The position numbers and the translations under genes were made by a program. A DNA stretch of 47,816 nt, taken from Candidatus Moraniibacteriota bacterium. Lineage in GTDB: Bacteria > Patescibacteriota > Minisyncoccia > Moranbacterales > UBA2206. The DNA is taken from assembly GCA_027351145.1 (NCBI GenBank), contig DAIEIZ010000076.1:1-47816 (forward strand), written 5' to 3'. Numbering within the stretch: position 1 is the stretch's first letter; every line of letters starts with the position of its first letter. Below are positions 9,926-19,901 of this stretch, piece after piece. The notes beneath the pieces are model-generated. The model did not search any database. It was not told where the DNA came from and saw only the letters and a program-made list of their open reading frames with translations.

Positions 9926-11782
9926 TTACTCCCGAACAAACCCGTTTATTGTTTTCAATATCCCTTCATCATCCAACCCCGCTCCCTCTAAAATTTCCGC
10001 CCGCGTCCCATGTTCCAAAAATCTGTCCGGCAAGCCTAGGTTTCTTATTTTCACATCCGCGTTCTCTCGTGCAAAAAATTCATCCACCGCACTGCCTGCT
10101 CCACCCGCAATCACATTATCCTCAACCGTCACAAAATATTTATGCGTCTTGGCTAATTCACGAAGCAATTCCTCATCAAGCGGTTTTACAAATCGCATAT
10201 CCACCAAAGTTGCCAAAAGCTTCTCGGCCGCATACTTACTCCGCCCAACCATTGTCCCAAACGCTAAAATTGCCACTTTTTTTCCCTCTCTCGCAATTTT
10301 TGCCCGACCAATCTCAATCGGCTGACTTTTTTTTCCGCCACAGCCACAAAGATTAGCACCCTTAGGATAGCGCACTGCCGCCGGTCCCGGATAATCATAA
10401 CCCGCTTCAAGCATTGCATAGCACTCATACTCATCGGATGGTGCCATCACAATAAAATTAGGAATAACGCGCAAAAATGACAAATCAAAACTGCCCGCAT
10501 GCGTCGCTCCGTCCGGTCCAACAATTCCTGCTCGATCAATCACCAAAAGCATGTTCAGATTCTGAAGCGCAATATCATGAATTAATTGATCATAGCCCCT
10601 TTGCAAAAAAGAAGAATAAATCGCTACGACCGGTTTCTTGCCCACCAGAGCCAAACCGGCAGCAAAAGCTAGCGCGTGCTGCTCGGCAATTCCCACATCA
10701 TGATAACGTTTGGGAAATTTCTCACCAAAACCAATCAGGCCAGATCCACTGCCCATCGCCGGAGTAACAGCGTGCAAACTTAAATCTTTTTTTGCCTTCT
10801 CACAAATCCAATTAGCAAAAACATCCGTATAGGCAATATTTTCAACTGAGCCATTTTTTTCCCCGGTCACAGGATCAAAAGGACTTGTTGCATGCAAAGA
10901 AAAAACATCTTTTTCCGCCAGAGCATAACCTTTGCCTTTTTTCGTAATCACATGCAAAAAACGTGGCCCCTTCATTTTTTTCAAATTTTTCAAAACCTCC
11001 AAAAGCGTTTTGGTGTCATGTCCATCAATTGGCCCATAATATTTAAAGCCTAATTCTTCAAACATCGTTCCTGGCGTAATCACACCTCGCGCCTGAATCC
11101 CGGCTTTGTGCACAAACTTTTGCACCGATGGCATTCTCTCCAGAATTTCCAACCCTTTATCACGCAAATTAATATAGGCTGGCGAAGAAATTAGTCGTGT
11201 CAAGTATTTTTCCATCCCGCCCACATTAGGCGAAATTGACATCTTATTATCATTAAGCACAACCAAGATATCCGCCTTAATATCTCCGGCATGATTCAAT
11301 GCTTCAAATGCCATTCCGCCACCAAGCGCACCGTCGCCAATTAATGCAACAATACATGGCGCATTTTTCTTATTCCGATTCGCCACTGCCATTCCTGTTG
11401 CAAGGCTGATTGAAGTGCTGGTGTGTCCAGTATTTGATGTATCATATTCACTTTCTTCTCTTTTTGGAAATGGTGCCAAGCCTCCTTTCTTTCGAATTGT
11501 ATATAGCTGATTTTTTCGTCCAGTCAAAATCTTATGCGCATAAGCTTGATGCCCAACATCCCAAATTAAAAGATCGCGAGGCGCATCAAAAACATAATGC
11601 AAGGCCACAGTCAGCTCCACCACACCTAAATTAGATCCAAAATGTCCCCCACTCTGCGCCACACTTTCAATCAAAAAACTGCGAATCTCCTCGCAAAGCT
11701 TTGGTAATTTTTCCTTGGGAATTCTTTTCAAGTCCCGGGGAAAATTAACCGCATCTAATAATTTTCTAGTTTTCTTCTTCAT
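9926..11782 (-). CDS. dxs: 1-deoxy-D-xylulose-5-phosphate synthase
   Basis: GGHFGSNLGVVELTVALHYVF, WDVGHQAYAHKILTGR, GDGALGGGMAFEALN, IAEQHA. Confidence 0.94.
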   Translation of the reverse strand: MKKKTRKLLDAVNFPRDLKRIPKEKLPKLCEEIRSFLIESVAQSGGHFGSNLGVVELTVALHYVFDAPRDLLIWDVGHQAYAHKILTGRKNQLYTIRKKGGLAPFPKREESEYDTSNTGHTSTSISLATGMAVANRNKKNAPCIVALIGDGALGGGMAFEALNHAGDIKADILVVLNDNKMSISPNVGGMEKYLTRLISSPAYINLRDKGLEILERMPSVQKFVHKAGIQARGVITPGTMFEELGFKYYGPIDGHDTKTLLEVLKNLKKMKGPRFLHVITKKGKGYALAEKDVFSLHATSPFDPVTGEKNGSVENIAYTDVFANWICEKAKKDLSLHAVTPAMGSGSGLIGFGEKFPKRYHDVGIAEQHALAFAAGLALVGKKPVVAIYSSFLQRGYDQLIHDIALQNLNMLLVIDRAGIVGPDGATHAGSFDLSFLRVIPNFIVMAPSDEYECYAMLEAGYDYPGPAAVRYPKGANLCGCGGKKSQPIEIGRAKIAREGKKVAILAFGTMVGRSKYAAEKLLATLVDMRFVKPLDEELLRELAKTHKYFVTVEDNVIAGGAGSAVDEFFARENADVKIRNLGLPDRFLEHGTRAEILEGAGLDDEGILKTINGFVRE

Positions 11783-12525
11783 ACAATCCCATCCAAAACA
11801 TGCTCCAGAATTCTTATCACTGTTTTATTTTTTTTCAGTTCCAAAACTTTTGCCATTATTTCATTAACATCAGGGGCTAGTTTGGAAGATTTGCTTAAAA
11901 AAATACTCATTGTTTTCGTAGTTACTTTTTCTTCGATATATTTTGCTAAAATTGCATACCACAAAACAAATGTTTCTCTGCCTATGTCAATATCCAGATT
12001 AACTAATGGCGGATCGCGAAAATAACTCGCTAATTTCTCCCAATTATCATATTCATCATATAAAAGCTCATCTTCCAATAGTTTTGCCGGATGACCGGCT
12101 AATTCAGTGGTTTTTTCTATGGCATAAAACTTTTCCTCATTTAAAATTTCTTCACGCCGCATATCACAATAAAGATGAAATTTCCAGCCAGCTTCAAAAG
12201 AAGTTAACCCGAAAAAATTTAAATTGAGTGGTTCAAACTTAAAATGCGTGTCCTTTCTTTTAATACTCGGCTCGATTCTTCTAATATCAGGAAATACCGT
12301 GCCCAATATAAATTCATCCCGATTAATCTTGTAATTATAGTTTATCCTTTCTTCATCTAAAAAATCCGCATCGGCTTTCCCACTCTCCATTTTATCAAAA
12401 TATTTTTTTGCATAAACAATATGCGCAATCTGTGATGCCATTGATTTTGTTTTATTTTTTCCAAATTCTAGAAACAGCATGTCCGATATGAATTCCGGAA
12501 GCAAATTGATCAGCTTCTTCGCCAC
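11779..12525 (-). CDS. Hypothetical protein, possibly a metal-dependent (zinc PLC-like) hydrolase
   Basis: His/Asp pattern (QIAHIVYA.., FPDIRRI.., KDTHF.., FHLYCD) is only suggestive. A start at Met 12441 would remove the overlap with the upstream ORF. 4-nt overlap with the dxs start. Confidence 0.5.
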   Translation of the reverse strand: MAKKLINLLPEFISDMLFLEFGKNKTKSMASQIAHIVYAKKYFDKMESGKADADFLDEERINYNYKINRDEFILGTVFPDIRRIEPSIKRKDTHFKFEPLNLNFFGLTSFEAGWKFHLYCDMRREEILNEEKFYAIEKTTELAGHPAKLLEDELLYDEYDNWEKLASYFRDPPLVNLDIDIGRETFVLWYAILAKYIEEKVTTKTMSIFLSKSSKLAPDVNEIMAKVLELKKNKTVIRILEHVLDGIV

Positions 12526-12925
12526 TAGCTCGATAGGCTATTTTACTAATCTCAATTGAATGATCGTTCTCCTTAAAAAATAATTTCTGCTGGCTATTTT
12601 CAATCCACATTTCCACCGGCACAACATTTTTTGCAAAATCGGTTTTTTCCATCTGAAAACCAATTATTTTTTCCTGAAAACACAGTTCTTTTTTAAAATT
12701 GATAATTCTTTGCGCTTCTTTTATGGAAACAAAAAATATTTTTTGCATTATCGGTTGACACGCAACTCTTTCATCGTCTTCTTTTTTAAATCTCCAAGAC
12801 TGTTCATTTTTTGAAACGAAATAAACCGATCCCTTTTCCGTTTCAAAAACTAATTTAAACTTTTCTTTTTCTGCTTTCAGATTTTCCATAAATTCAGATA
12901 TTATTCGCTGCCTGTTTTCTCGCAA
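12452..12925 (-). CDS. Hypothetical protein
   Basis: Long ORF co-oriented with its neighbours. No family recognised. TTG at 12925 or ATG at 12889. Confidence 0.45.
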   Translation of the reverse strand: MRENRQRIISEFMENLKAEKEKFKLVFETEKGSVYFVSKNEQSWRFKKEDDERVACQPIMQKIFFVSIKEAQRIINFKKELCFQEKIIGFQMEKTDFAKNVVPVEMWIENSQQKLFFKENDHSIEISKIAYRASGEEADQFASGIHIGHAVSRIWKK

Positions 12926-12930
12926 TTCTT

Positions 12931-13059
12931 TTATGCTCGCACTTTTTTATCCAGGTCATCTTCAGTTTGATCAATTTTATCCAGCAAATTTTTCCTAAAA
13001 TCAGTCAGACTAAATTCTTTTAGTTTGTTTTCTCTATTACCAAGCAGCGCCTTTTCCAT
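12931..13059 (-). CDS. Possible small ORF (42 aa, charged/helical)
   Basis: Hand translation gives MEKALLGNRENKLKEFSLTDFRKNLLDKIDQTEDDLDKKVRA, filling the gap between cca and the next ORF. It is below the ORF-track cutoff. Confidence 0.3.
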   Translation of the reverse strand: MEKALLGNRENKLKEFSLTDFRKNLLDKIDQTEDDLDKKVRA

Positions 13060-13079
13060 AAATTTATAAGCAATCTTTA

Positions 13080-14573
13080 TTATGAAACTTTGTGTTTTTT
13101 CTTAATCAGATTCTCTTCTTTTTTTTGTTCATTTTTAATTTTATCCTCCGCCATCCTGCACAAATCTTCCACATTGCTTTTTACCAACTCCTTCGCCAGC
13201 TTAATTAGTTTTTCCTTGTCATTAAGCATCGGATCATCAATCACTTGCGAAAGTAAAATTGCCAAAATTGCTCCGATTTTCGGTCCCGGCTCAACACCTA
13301 ACTCTTTCATTAAATCATTGCCATTTAATTTCAGTTGTTTCACGGAAATTGGATCGTGCGAAACTTTCTCCACCATAAATTTAAAATGGCGCAGTTTATA
13401 CGGAATAGCTTTTGGCACACCACTTCCCAATCTGTCCGCAATCCTAACATCAATTAAATCATTAATATTTTCCAGCCCGATTTTTTGCACCACTCTGCGC
13501 ACTCCAGCTTCACCGACTTCATCAACGTTATAGTAAAACATGTGATTGCGAACTAAGAGTGTCGCCCTATCAATCACGCACCGCGAAAAACGCAAACGCT
13601 CAAGAATATTTTTCACTATTTGTTCTCCAATATATTCATGATTATAAAAAGTGGCATTTTCACCATCCCCTCTTTTTGATTTTGGTTTTCCTACATCATG
13701 AAGCAACGCTGCCAAACGCACCTCTAATTTTTCCGAGGGACATTTTTCCAAAGACGCCACAAGATGTTTGTAAACTGTATTATATGGACCATAATAATGA
13801 TGATGACTTTGCATTACATCCATTCCACTTTCAATTTCCGGTAAAATGATTTTCAAAACTCCCGCTTTCTGCAACAGTTCAATTCCTTGTGCCGGTGTTG
13901 GCGATAAAATAATTTTAACTAATTCATCGCGAATCCGCTCCGGTGAAATATGTTTTAAATTATTGGCATTTTTTTGAATTGCCAAAAATGTTTTTTCTTC
14001 AATCGCGAAACCAAGCGTTACTGAAAAACGAATTGCCCGCATCATGCGTAATGCGTCTTCATTAAAACGCTCATCGGCATCACCCACAGCTCTAATCAAT
14101 TTATTCTCCAAGTCCTTTTGCCCATAATATAAATCAATAATTTCAAGCTCATTATTTTTACCCACTTTTAAAACAAGAGCGTTAACAGTAAAATCACGCC
14201 TAGACAAATCTTCTGAAAGAGTCTTTGCAAACTTCACTTCATCCGGATGCCTCTTATCAGAATATTTCGACTCAATTCGATATGTTGTCACCTCAACCAC
14301 CTCCGTGATCTCTTTTCTATCCGCATTCTGATTTCTAATTTTTATTCCCACGGTTCCAAACTCATTTTCATAGACACTGTCCCAAAAAAGCTTCTGCACT
14401 TCTTCCGGCTTGGCATTAGTGGTTACATCCCAATCTTTCGGCTCAATTCCCAACAACAAATCTCGCACGCAACCACCCACAATATACGCCTCAAATCCTG
14501 CACTTTCCAACCCTTCCACTACTAAAAGAATGTGGGGAGGTATGTCAAATTTAACCAACTTTGCCTTTTTCAT
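13080..14573 (-). CDS. cca: CCA-adding enzyme (tRNA nucleotidyltransferase with HD domain)
   Basis: GGCVRDLLLG, DWDV, RRDFTVNA and the HD block LLHDVGKP. I prefer ATG 14573 (MKKAKLV) because TGCTAGAAT lies 7 nt upstream. Confidence 0.9.
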   Translation of the reverse strand: MKKAKLVKFDIPPHILLVVEGLESAGFEAYIVGGCVRDLLLGIEPKDWDVTTNAKPEEVQKLFWDSVYENEFGTVGIKIRNQNADRKEITEVVEVTTYRIESKYSDKRHPDEVKFAKTLSEDLSRRDFTVNALVLKVGKNNELEIIDLYYGQKDLENKLIRAVGDADERFNEDALRMMRAIRFSVTLGFAIEEKTFLAIQKNANNLKHISPERIRDELVKIILSPTPAQGIELLQKAGVLKIILPEIESGMDVMQSHHHYYGPYNTVYKHLVASLEKCPSEKLEVRLAALLHDVGKPKSKRGDGENATFYNHEYIGEQIVKNILERLRFSRCVIDRATLLVRNHMFYYNVDEVGEAGVRRVVQKIGLENINDLIDVRIADRLGSGVPKAIPYKLRHFKFMVEKVSHDPISVKQLKLNGNDLMKELGVEPGPKIGAILAILLSQVIDDPMLNDKEKLIKLAKELVKSNVEDLCRMAEDKIKNEQKKEENLIKKKHKVS

Positions 14574-14580
14574 ACTAACC

Positions 14581-14589
14581 ATTCTAGCA
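14581..14589 (-). promoter_or_regulatory. Extended -10 box (TGCTAGAAT) 7 nt upstream of the cca ATG
   Basis: Minus strand reads TGCTAGAAT-GGTTAGT-ATG. Confidence 0.45.
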
Positions 14590-14737
14590 AAAATCCAAAA
14601 AATTAGCGAATACAAAAAAGATACGCCAATCTCGACAGCCTTTTCCTCTCATGCTAATATATATAGGCAAACTGGACTTAGTCTGGATTTTGCGTGTTTT
14701 TGCATAAAATATTTACTAATTTCTATCCCAAAAACCT

Positions 14738-15397
14738 ATGAATATTCAATATTATGGTCATTCTTGTTTTAAGATATCTCTGAAACCAGCTGGTCGAGGT
14801 CAAGACGAAATTGTGCTTTTTATCGATCCTTTCGACAAGTCAATTGGTCTGCGGCCACCGCAAGGACAAGCCGATTTTGTCTTGGTTTCACACAATCATT
14901 CTGATCATAATAATATCGAAGCACTAAAAGGAGAACCCCGCGTCATTGATTTACCTGGAGAATATTCAGTTAAGGGCGTTAATGTGATCGGAATTCCCTC
15001 CTATCATGACAATACACAAGGCATTGAACGAGGCTCAAATACAATATTTGTAATTGACGGTGAAGAAATAAAACTATGTCATCTTGGTGATCTTGGTACT
15101 GATCTCGATGAAAAACAGCTAGAAAAAATTGGCACAGTCAATATTCTTTTTGTCCCAATCGGCGGCAAATATACTCTCGACTACAAAAAAGCCATCGAAA
15201 CCATCAAGAAAATTGAGCCAAATATCATTATTCCGATACACTTCAAATTAAAAGGAACGACTGTTGATATTGACGATGAAAGCAAATTTTGTCTGGAAAT
15301 GGGTTATTGCATCAAGGAAAGACCATCAAAATTGAATCTGAAAAGCAAAGATCTGGAAGGAAAGAATATGGAAATTGTCGTAATGGGCATTGAATAA
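14738..15397 (+). CDS. MBL-fold metal-dependent hydrolase (UPF0173-like)
   Basis: YYGHSCF, VLVSHNHSDH, HLGDLG. Size and layout are typical of this family. Confidence 0.8.
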   Translation: MNIQYYGHSCFKISLKPAGRGQDEIVLFIDPFDKSIGLRPPQGQADFVLVSHNHSDHNNIEALKGEPRVIDLPGEYSVKGVNVIGIPSYHDNTQGIERGSNTIFVIDGEEIKLCHLGDLGTDLDEKQLEKIGTVNILFVPIGGKYTLDYKKAIETIKKIEPNIIIPIHFKLKGTTVDIDDESKFCLEMGYCIKERPSKLNLKSKDLEGKNMEIVVMGIE

Positions 15398-15408
15398 GCC
15401 CCAAAACA

Positions 15409-15843
15409 ATGAACCTGCAAAGAAAACTGGAAGAAATCCGACGAAAGCCGGAACATATTAAGTTGCGCTACACCTATATTGCTGTGGGCATTTCAATGTT
15501 TTTTATTCTTCTTTTATGGTTCTTTTCGATAGCAGATACAATCAATAAATCAAAAAATGCGCAAACAGAAAATGCATTTCAAGATTTGCAAGTTCAAAAG
15601 AAGTCGCTAAAAGATGCCACCACTGAAATCACAAAATCTCTTAACGATCTAAATTCAAACTTGCAAAAAACCACCTCGGATACGACGCAAACAACACCCG
15701 ACAATACCAACCAGACATTGCCAAGCGATATTCAAACAGCTCCATCAAGCACCACGCCAACAACAAATGATACCCAAGCATTACCAGACAAAAACAGGCC
15801 TACAACCAATAATATGCCTAGCAGCCCGCCATCGCATCGATAA
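15409..15843 (+). CDS. Hypothetical membrane-anchored protein with T/P/N-rich tail
   Basis: One TM segment (IAVGISMFFILLLWFFSI) followed by a low-complexity tail. Confidence 0.5.
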   Translation: MNLQRKLEEIRRKPEHIKLRYTYIAVGISMFFILLLWFFSIADTINKSKNAQTENAFQDLQVQKKSLKDATTEITKSLNDLNSNLQKTTSDTTQTTPDNTNQTLPSDIQTAPSSTTPTTNDTQALPDKNRPTTNNMPSSPPSHR

Positions 15844-15867
15844 TAATCAATTTTAGAACAAACCCCT

Positions 15868-18312
15868 ATGGAAATGAAAATTGAACTGGAAAATATCCAG
15901 GCCAGAGAAATAACCGAAGAAATCCAACAATCCTATCTGGATTATGCCATGAGTGTCATTGTTTCGCGCGCTCTGCCTGATGTGCGCGATGGCATGAAAC
16001 CGGTACACAGAAGAATCCTCTATTCCATGTGGAACACAGGCTTACGAGCTAATGCAAAATTCAGAAAATCCGCCACCGTGGTTGGAGAAGTTTTGGGAAA
16101 ATATCACCCGCACGGCGACGTTGCAGTCTATGACTCGATGGTTCGTATGGCCCAGGATTTTTCTCTGCGCTATCCCCTCGTCAAAGGCCAGGGAAACTTT
16201 GGTTCGATGGACGGCGACTCACCAGCGGCTTATCGTTATACAGAAGCCAAATTGTCTTCAATTGCTGAGGAAATGCTCACAGACATTGAAAAAAATACCG
16301 TGGATTTCGTACCTAATTTCGACGGACAGCATAAAGAGCCGACTGTCTTACCTTCAAATTTACCGCAATTACTTTTAAATGGCTCGATGGGTATCGCCGT
16401 AGGTATGGCGACCAACATCCCACCACACAATATCACGGAACTAATTGAAGGTATTGATCATTTGATTGATAATCCTACTGCGACAGTGGAAGATCTTTGC
16501 GAATTTGTAAAAGGTCCTGATTTTCCAACCGGTGGTATCATTTACAATAAAAAAGATATTATTGAGGCCTACAAAACCGGTCGTGGAAAAATTCTTACTC
16601 GCGCTAAAGCGGAAATTAATGAGACAAAAGCCGGCGCTTTTCAAATTATTGTAACTGAAATGACCTATGCCACCAATAAATCAACCATGATTGAGCGAAT
16701 GGCAGATCTCGTAAAAGAAGGAAAGATTGTAGGCATCCGCGATATCCGCGACGAATCAGATAAGGATGGGGTTCGGCTTGTTATTGAACTAAAAAAGGAC
16801 GCCTATCCACAAAAAGTACTCAACAAACTCTACGATTTAACTGACCTCCAAAAGAATTTTAATGTTAATATGTTAGCATTGGTCAATGGCATTGAACCAA
16901 CCGTACTCAACTTGAAATCAATTTTTGAATATTACATCATCCACAGAAAAGAAGTTATCACTCGTCGCACTAAATTTGATCTGGAAAAAGCCAAAGATCG
17001 CGCTCATATTTTAGAAGGCCTAAAAAAAGCCCTCGATCACATTGATGCTGTTATTGAAACCATCAGAAAATCCAAAACAAAAGAAGAAGCACACGCGAAT
17101 TTGATAAAAAAATTCAAATTCTCCGACCGACAAACCACTGCCATTCTTGAGATGCGCCTACAAACCCTGGCTGGCTTGGAACGCAAGAAGATCGAAGACG
17201 AATTAGCCGAAAAACTGCGCATTATTGCCGAACTCGAAGCTATTCTCAAGAGCGAAAAGAAAATCTTAGGCATTGTTAAAAGCGAGCTTGATCGCGTGAA
17301 AGAAAAATATGGCGATGAGCGCATGACCAGAATCATTAAATCCGGAGTCACAGAATTCAAACAAGAAGATTTAGTTCCTAATGAAGAAGCTATTATCACC
17401 ATTTCCAAAGAAGGCTATATCAAAAGGATGAATCCAACAGTCTATAAGGTCCAAAAACGTGGTGGCAAAGGTGTCATCGGCGCTAGCACTAAAGAAGGCG
17501 ACGAAATCGAAAAATTACTTGGGGTTATGACGCATGACAATCTACTTTTCTTTACAAATAGCGGGAAAGTTTTCCAAACCAAAGCCTATGAAATCCCGGA
17601 ATCATCGCGCATTTCCAAAGGCCAATCCATCGTGAACTTCCTTCAACTTTCCGGCGAAGAAAAAGTGACAGCTATAATCGCTTTTAATAAAGATGACAAC
17701 TACAAGTTCCTCTTTATGGCCACTGAAATGGGTACAGTCAAAAAAACTACATTGGAAGAGTTTGAAAATGTTCGTCGTTCAGGACTAATCGCGATCAAGC
17801 TTGATAAGGGCGATGCTCTTCGCTGGGTCAGTGCCACAACCGGCACTGACGAAATCGTCATCACCACCGCTCACGGTCAAGCTATTCGATACAAAGAAGC
17901 TGATGTTCGTTCAATGGGTCGCTCCGCAACAGGGGTTCGCGGCATCAAGCTTAAAAAAGATGATTTGGTTGTTGGCATGGATGTCTTTTTCAAAAATCAA
18001 AAGGGCAATCAGCTACTCGTTATCACTGAAAATGGTTATGGAAAGAGATCTGATATTAAATATTATAAAATCCAAAAACGTGGTGGATCAGGCATCAAAA
18101 CCGCCGCTGTCACAGCCAAAACCGGAAAACTAGTTGGTGCCAGCATCATCAACGTCGACAATCTTGATGCTGATCTTATCCTTACTTCCGACAAAGGCCA
18201 AATCATCCGAATCCCGCTCGCCAGCGTCTCAATTCTCGGTCGCGCCACGCAAGGAGTCCGAGTAATGCGACCGCAAGCTGGAGATAAAGTATCTGCCATC
18301 ACAGTACTCTAG
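15868..18312 (+). CDS. gyrA: DNA gyrase subunit A
   Basis: [45 protein letters not shown] (catalytic Tyr region) and C-terminal beta-pinwheel repeats. Confidence 0.96.
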   Translation: MEMKIELENIQAREITEEIQQSYLDYAMSVIVSRALPDVRDGMKPVHRRILYSMWNTGLRANAKFRKSATVVGEVLGKYHPHGDVAVYDSMVRMAQDFSLRYPLVKGQGNFGSMDGDSPAAYRYTEAKLSSIAEEMLTDIEKNTVDFVPNFDGQHKEPTVLPSNLPQLLLNGSMGIAVGMATNIPPHNITELIEGIDHLIDNPTATVEDLCEFVKGPDFPTGGIIYNKKDIIEAYKTGRGKILTRAKAEINETKAGAFQIIVTEMTYATNKSTMIERMADLVKEGKIVGIRDIRDESDKDGVRLVIELKKDAYPQKVLNKLYDLTDLQKNFNVNMLALVNGIEPTVLNLKSIFEYYIIHRKEVITRRTKFDLEKAKDRAHILEGLKKALDHIDAVIETIRKSKTKEEAHANLIKKFKFSDRQTTAILEMRLQTLAGLERKKIEDELAEKLRIIAELEAILKSEKKILGIVKSELDRVKEKYGDERMTRIIKSGVTEFKQEDLVPNEEAIITISKEGYIKRMNPTVYKVQKRGGKGVIGASTKEGDEIEKLLGVMTHDNLLFFTNSGKVFQTKAYEIPESSRISKGQSIVNFLQLSGEEKVTAIIAFNKDDNYKFLFMATEMGTVKKTTLEEFENVRRSGLIAIKLDKGDALRWVSATTGTDEIVITTAHGQAIRYKEADVRSMGRSATGVRGIKLKKDDLVVGMDVFFKNQKGNQLLVITENGYGKRSDIKYYKIQKRGGSGIKTAAVTAKTGKLVGASIINVDNLDADLILTSDKGQIIRIPLASVSILGRATQGVRVMRPQAGDKVSAITVL

Positions 18313-18324
18313 AAAAAAATAAAG

Positions 18325-18333
18325 TTATCCACA
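18325..18333 (+). promoter_or_regulatory. Perfect DnaA-box 9-mer TTATCCACA
   Basis: Exact consensus in the gyrA-downstream intergenic spacer. Confidence 0.4.
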
Positions 18334-18341
18334 ACTTAGAC

Positions 18342-18375
18342 AAAAAAAGACACCTCATGGTGTCTTTTGTTTTTA
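18342..18375. terminator. Bidirectional terminator between gyrA and the convergent nuclease-like gene
   Basis: AAAAGACACC-TCAT-GGTGTCTTTT palindrome with an A-run on one side and a T-run on the other. Confidence 0.8.
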
Positions 18376-18385
18376 AAATTAATCT

Positions 18386-19300
18386 CTATCCATTCCTTTC
18401 GTAACTTTGTTTTATCAATGGCATTAAATTTATAAAATCAGTTGAAGAATTTATATTAAACTCATAATCTCCGTTGCCCCAATGTCCCCTATCCGAACAA
18501 TCCACACCAAGATTGTAGGGATTTTTCAATTCTCCCTTTTTTAGATTTAGCCAAAACTTAATTTTATTTTTTTGAGGCAAAATATCGATAAAATTAGAGA
18601 TCGCCTTAAAAGCTATATATTTCTTTTTTGGCACAATTTCAATCTTACTATCTAAATTTAAAATTTGATTTTTAAATTCTTCATAAAGAGACAAAATTTT
18701 TTCATCAGCAGATTTTAAATGATCTTCTTCTGTATAAACTCTTACTTCTCCTGCAACCTTATCAACAACCTCACTTGATTTGCTGATTGTATTTATTGAT
18801 TCAGAAGTTTCAGTTGATTTTAATCTGCTATATTGAATGAGATTATTTTGATATTTCGTGATTTCCCATAATTCAATCGGTAAATCTCTAAAGCTTATTG
18901 CTTGTTGTTGATATTTGGAAAATGCCGGTGATACAAATATCACTTTTGATTGAGACCAATCCACATCATCTCTTTTTAGATTCATGTTTGCATTTTCATT
19001 GTATTCCAAAATAAAATCAGCTTTATTATTCAACATCAAAGAAAGATAAGCATATCCTTGATCAATGACACTGAAATTTTTGTCTCTCTTGTATTCAATA
19101 ATTACAAAACTTTTATTATCATTATCAAAAGCCAAGCTATCAATCCTAAGATTGTTCAGTGAAAATTCTGATTTTATAAATTTTAAACTGAAAACATGCT
19201 CGAGATTTTTTTCCGTAACCACTTGAATTTCTTTTTCTAATTTAAAAGGGTTTTCTTTAATAATTAAAAGTTTTTGATTTTGCAAACTATAGAGTGCCAT
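18386..19300 (-). CDS. PD-(D/E)XK nuclease-like N-domain (NucS/DUF91-type) fused to a DUF5655-like C-domain
   Basis: RIDSLAFDNDNKSFVIIEYKRDKNFSVIDQGYAYL fits a D..(E/D)xK nuclease core. C-terminal KKYIAFKAISNFIDILPQKNKIKFWLNL resembles DUF5655. The gene is visibly more AT-rich than its neighbours. Confidence 0.6.
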   Translation of the reverse strand: MALYSLQNQKLLIIKENPFKLEKEIQVVTEKNLEHVFSLKFIKSEFSLNNLRIDSLAFDNDNKSFVIIEYKRDKNFSVIDQGYAYLSLMLNNKADFILEYNENANMNLKRDDVDWSQSKVIFVSPAFSKYQQQAISFRDLPIELWEITKYQNNLIQYSRLKSTETSESINTISKSSEVVDKVAGEVRVYTEEDHLKSADEKILSLYEEFKNQILNLDSKIEIVPKKKYIAFKAISNFIDILPQKNKIKFWLNLKKGELKNPYNLGVDCSDRGHWGNGDYEFNINSSTDFINLMPLIKQSYERNG

Positions 19301-19607
19301 ATTATCAAATTTTGTATTATTAATTTTCAGCCTAAAAAAGCGTTGTTTGAATTTTAAATTTCCAGCTTTATATAAACTATATCAAAAAATCCAACAATCA
19401 CAAAGACTCGAATTAGCCAAGAGCAAAGATCTGTGCTAAAATCAGCCTACGACAGCCTTAATCCGCTTGTTTTGCAAGCGGAAATTAGGAAAAAGTTAGA
19501 GCTACTGAAAAAAACGTTAAAGTAAGATTTATTAATGATCTAATACGAGACTAATTTTAAACTTTAATATTAAACAACAAAACATTTTATTTGTCAAATT
19601 TTGTAAC

Positions 19608-19752
19608 CTACATTCTACCCATAAGTGAAACATTCATCAATTCTAATGGTGTTTTCCAATTAAGCCTTTTTTCTGGACCTTAGTGGTTTCCAATCTTTGT
19701 TTTTAAAACCATTATCCAAGATGAGTGTCTTTCTGTATTTTTTAGGTAACTC
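19608..19752 (-). pseudogene. Possible heavily decayed DDE/rve-type transposase remnant
   Basis: Minus-strand fragments KTLILDNGFKNKDW (a DNG motif) and WKTPLELMN (a ..KTPLE.. C-terminal motif of IS30/rve-type enzymes), interrupted by stops. There is no ORF of 60 aa or more anywhere in 19301-19901. Confidence 0.25.
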
Positions 19753-19901
19753 AGATTATTGCTTGTCATAATTCAGCTTACAACTTGATTATGAACACAT
19801 AGCCAGTCTTTCTATTTGCTAAGATTAACATTTCATATTCTAATTATGTCATGGTGTCGCAGTTAATTATTGAACTGACTGCTATCTTTATTTCTTACCA
19901 A

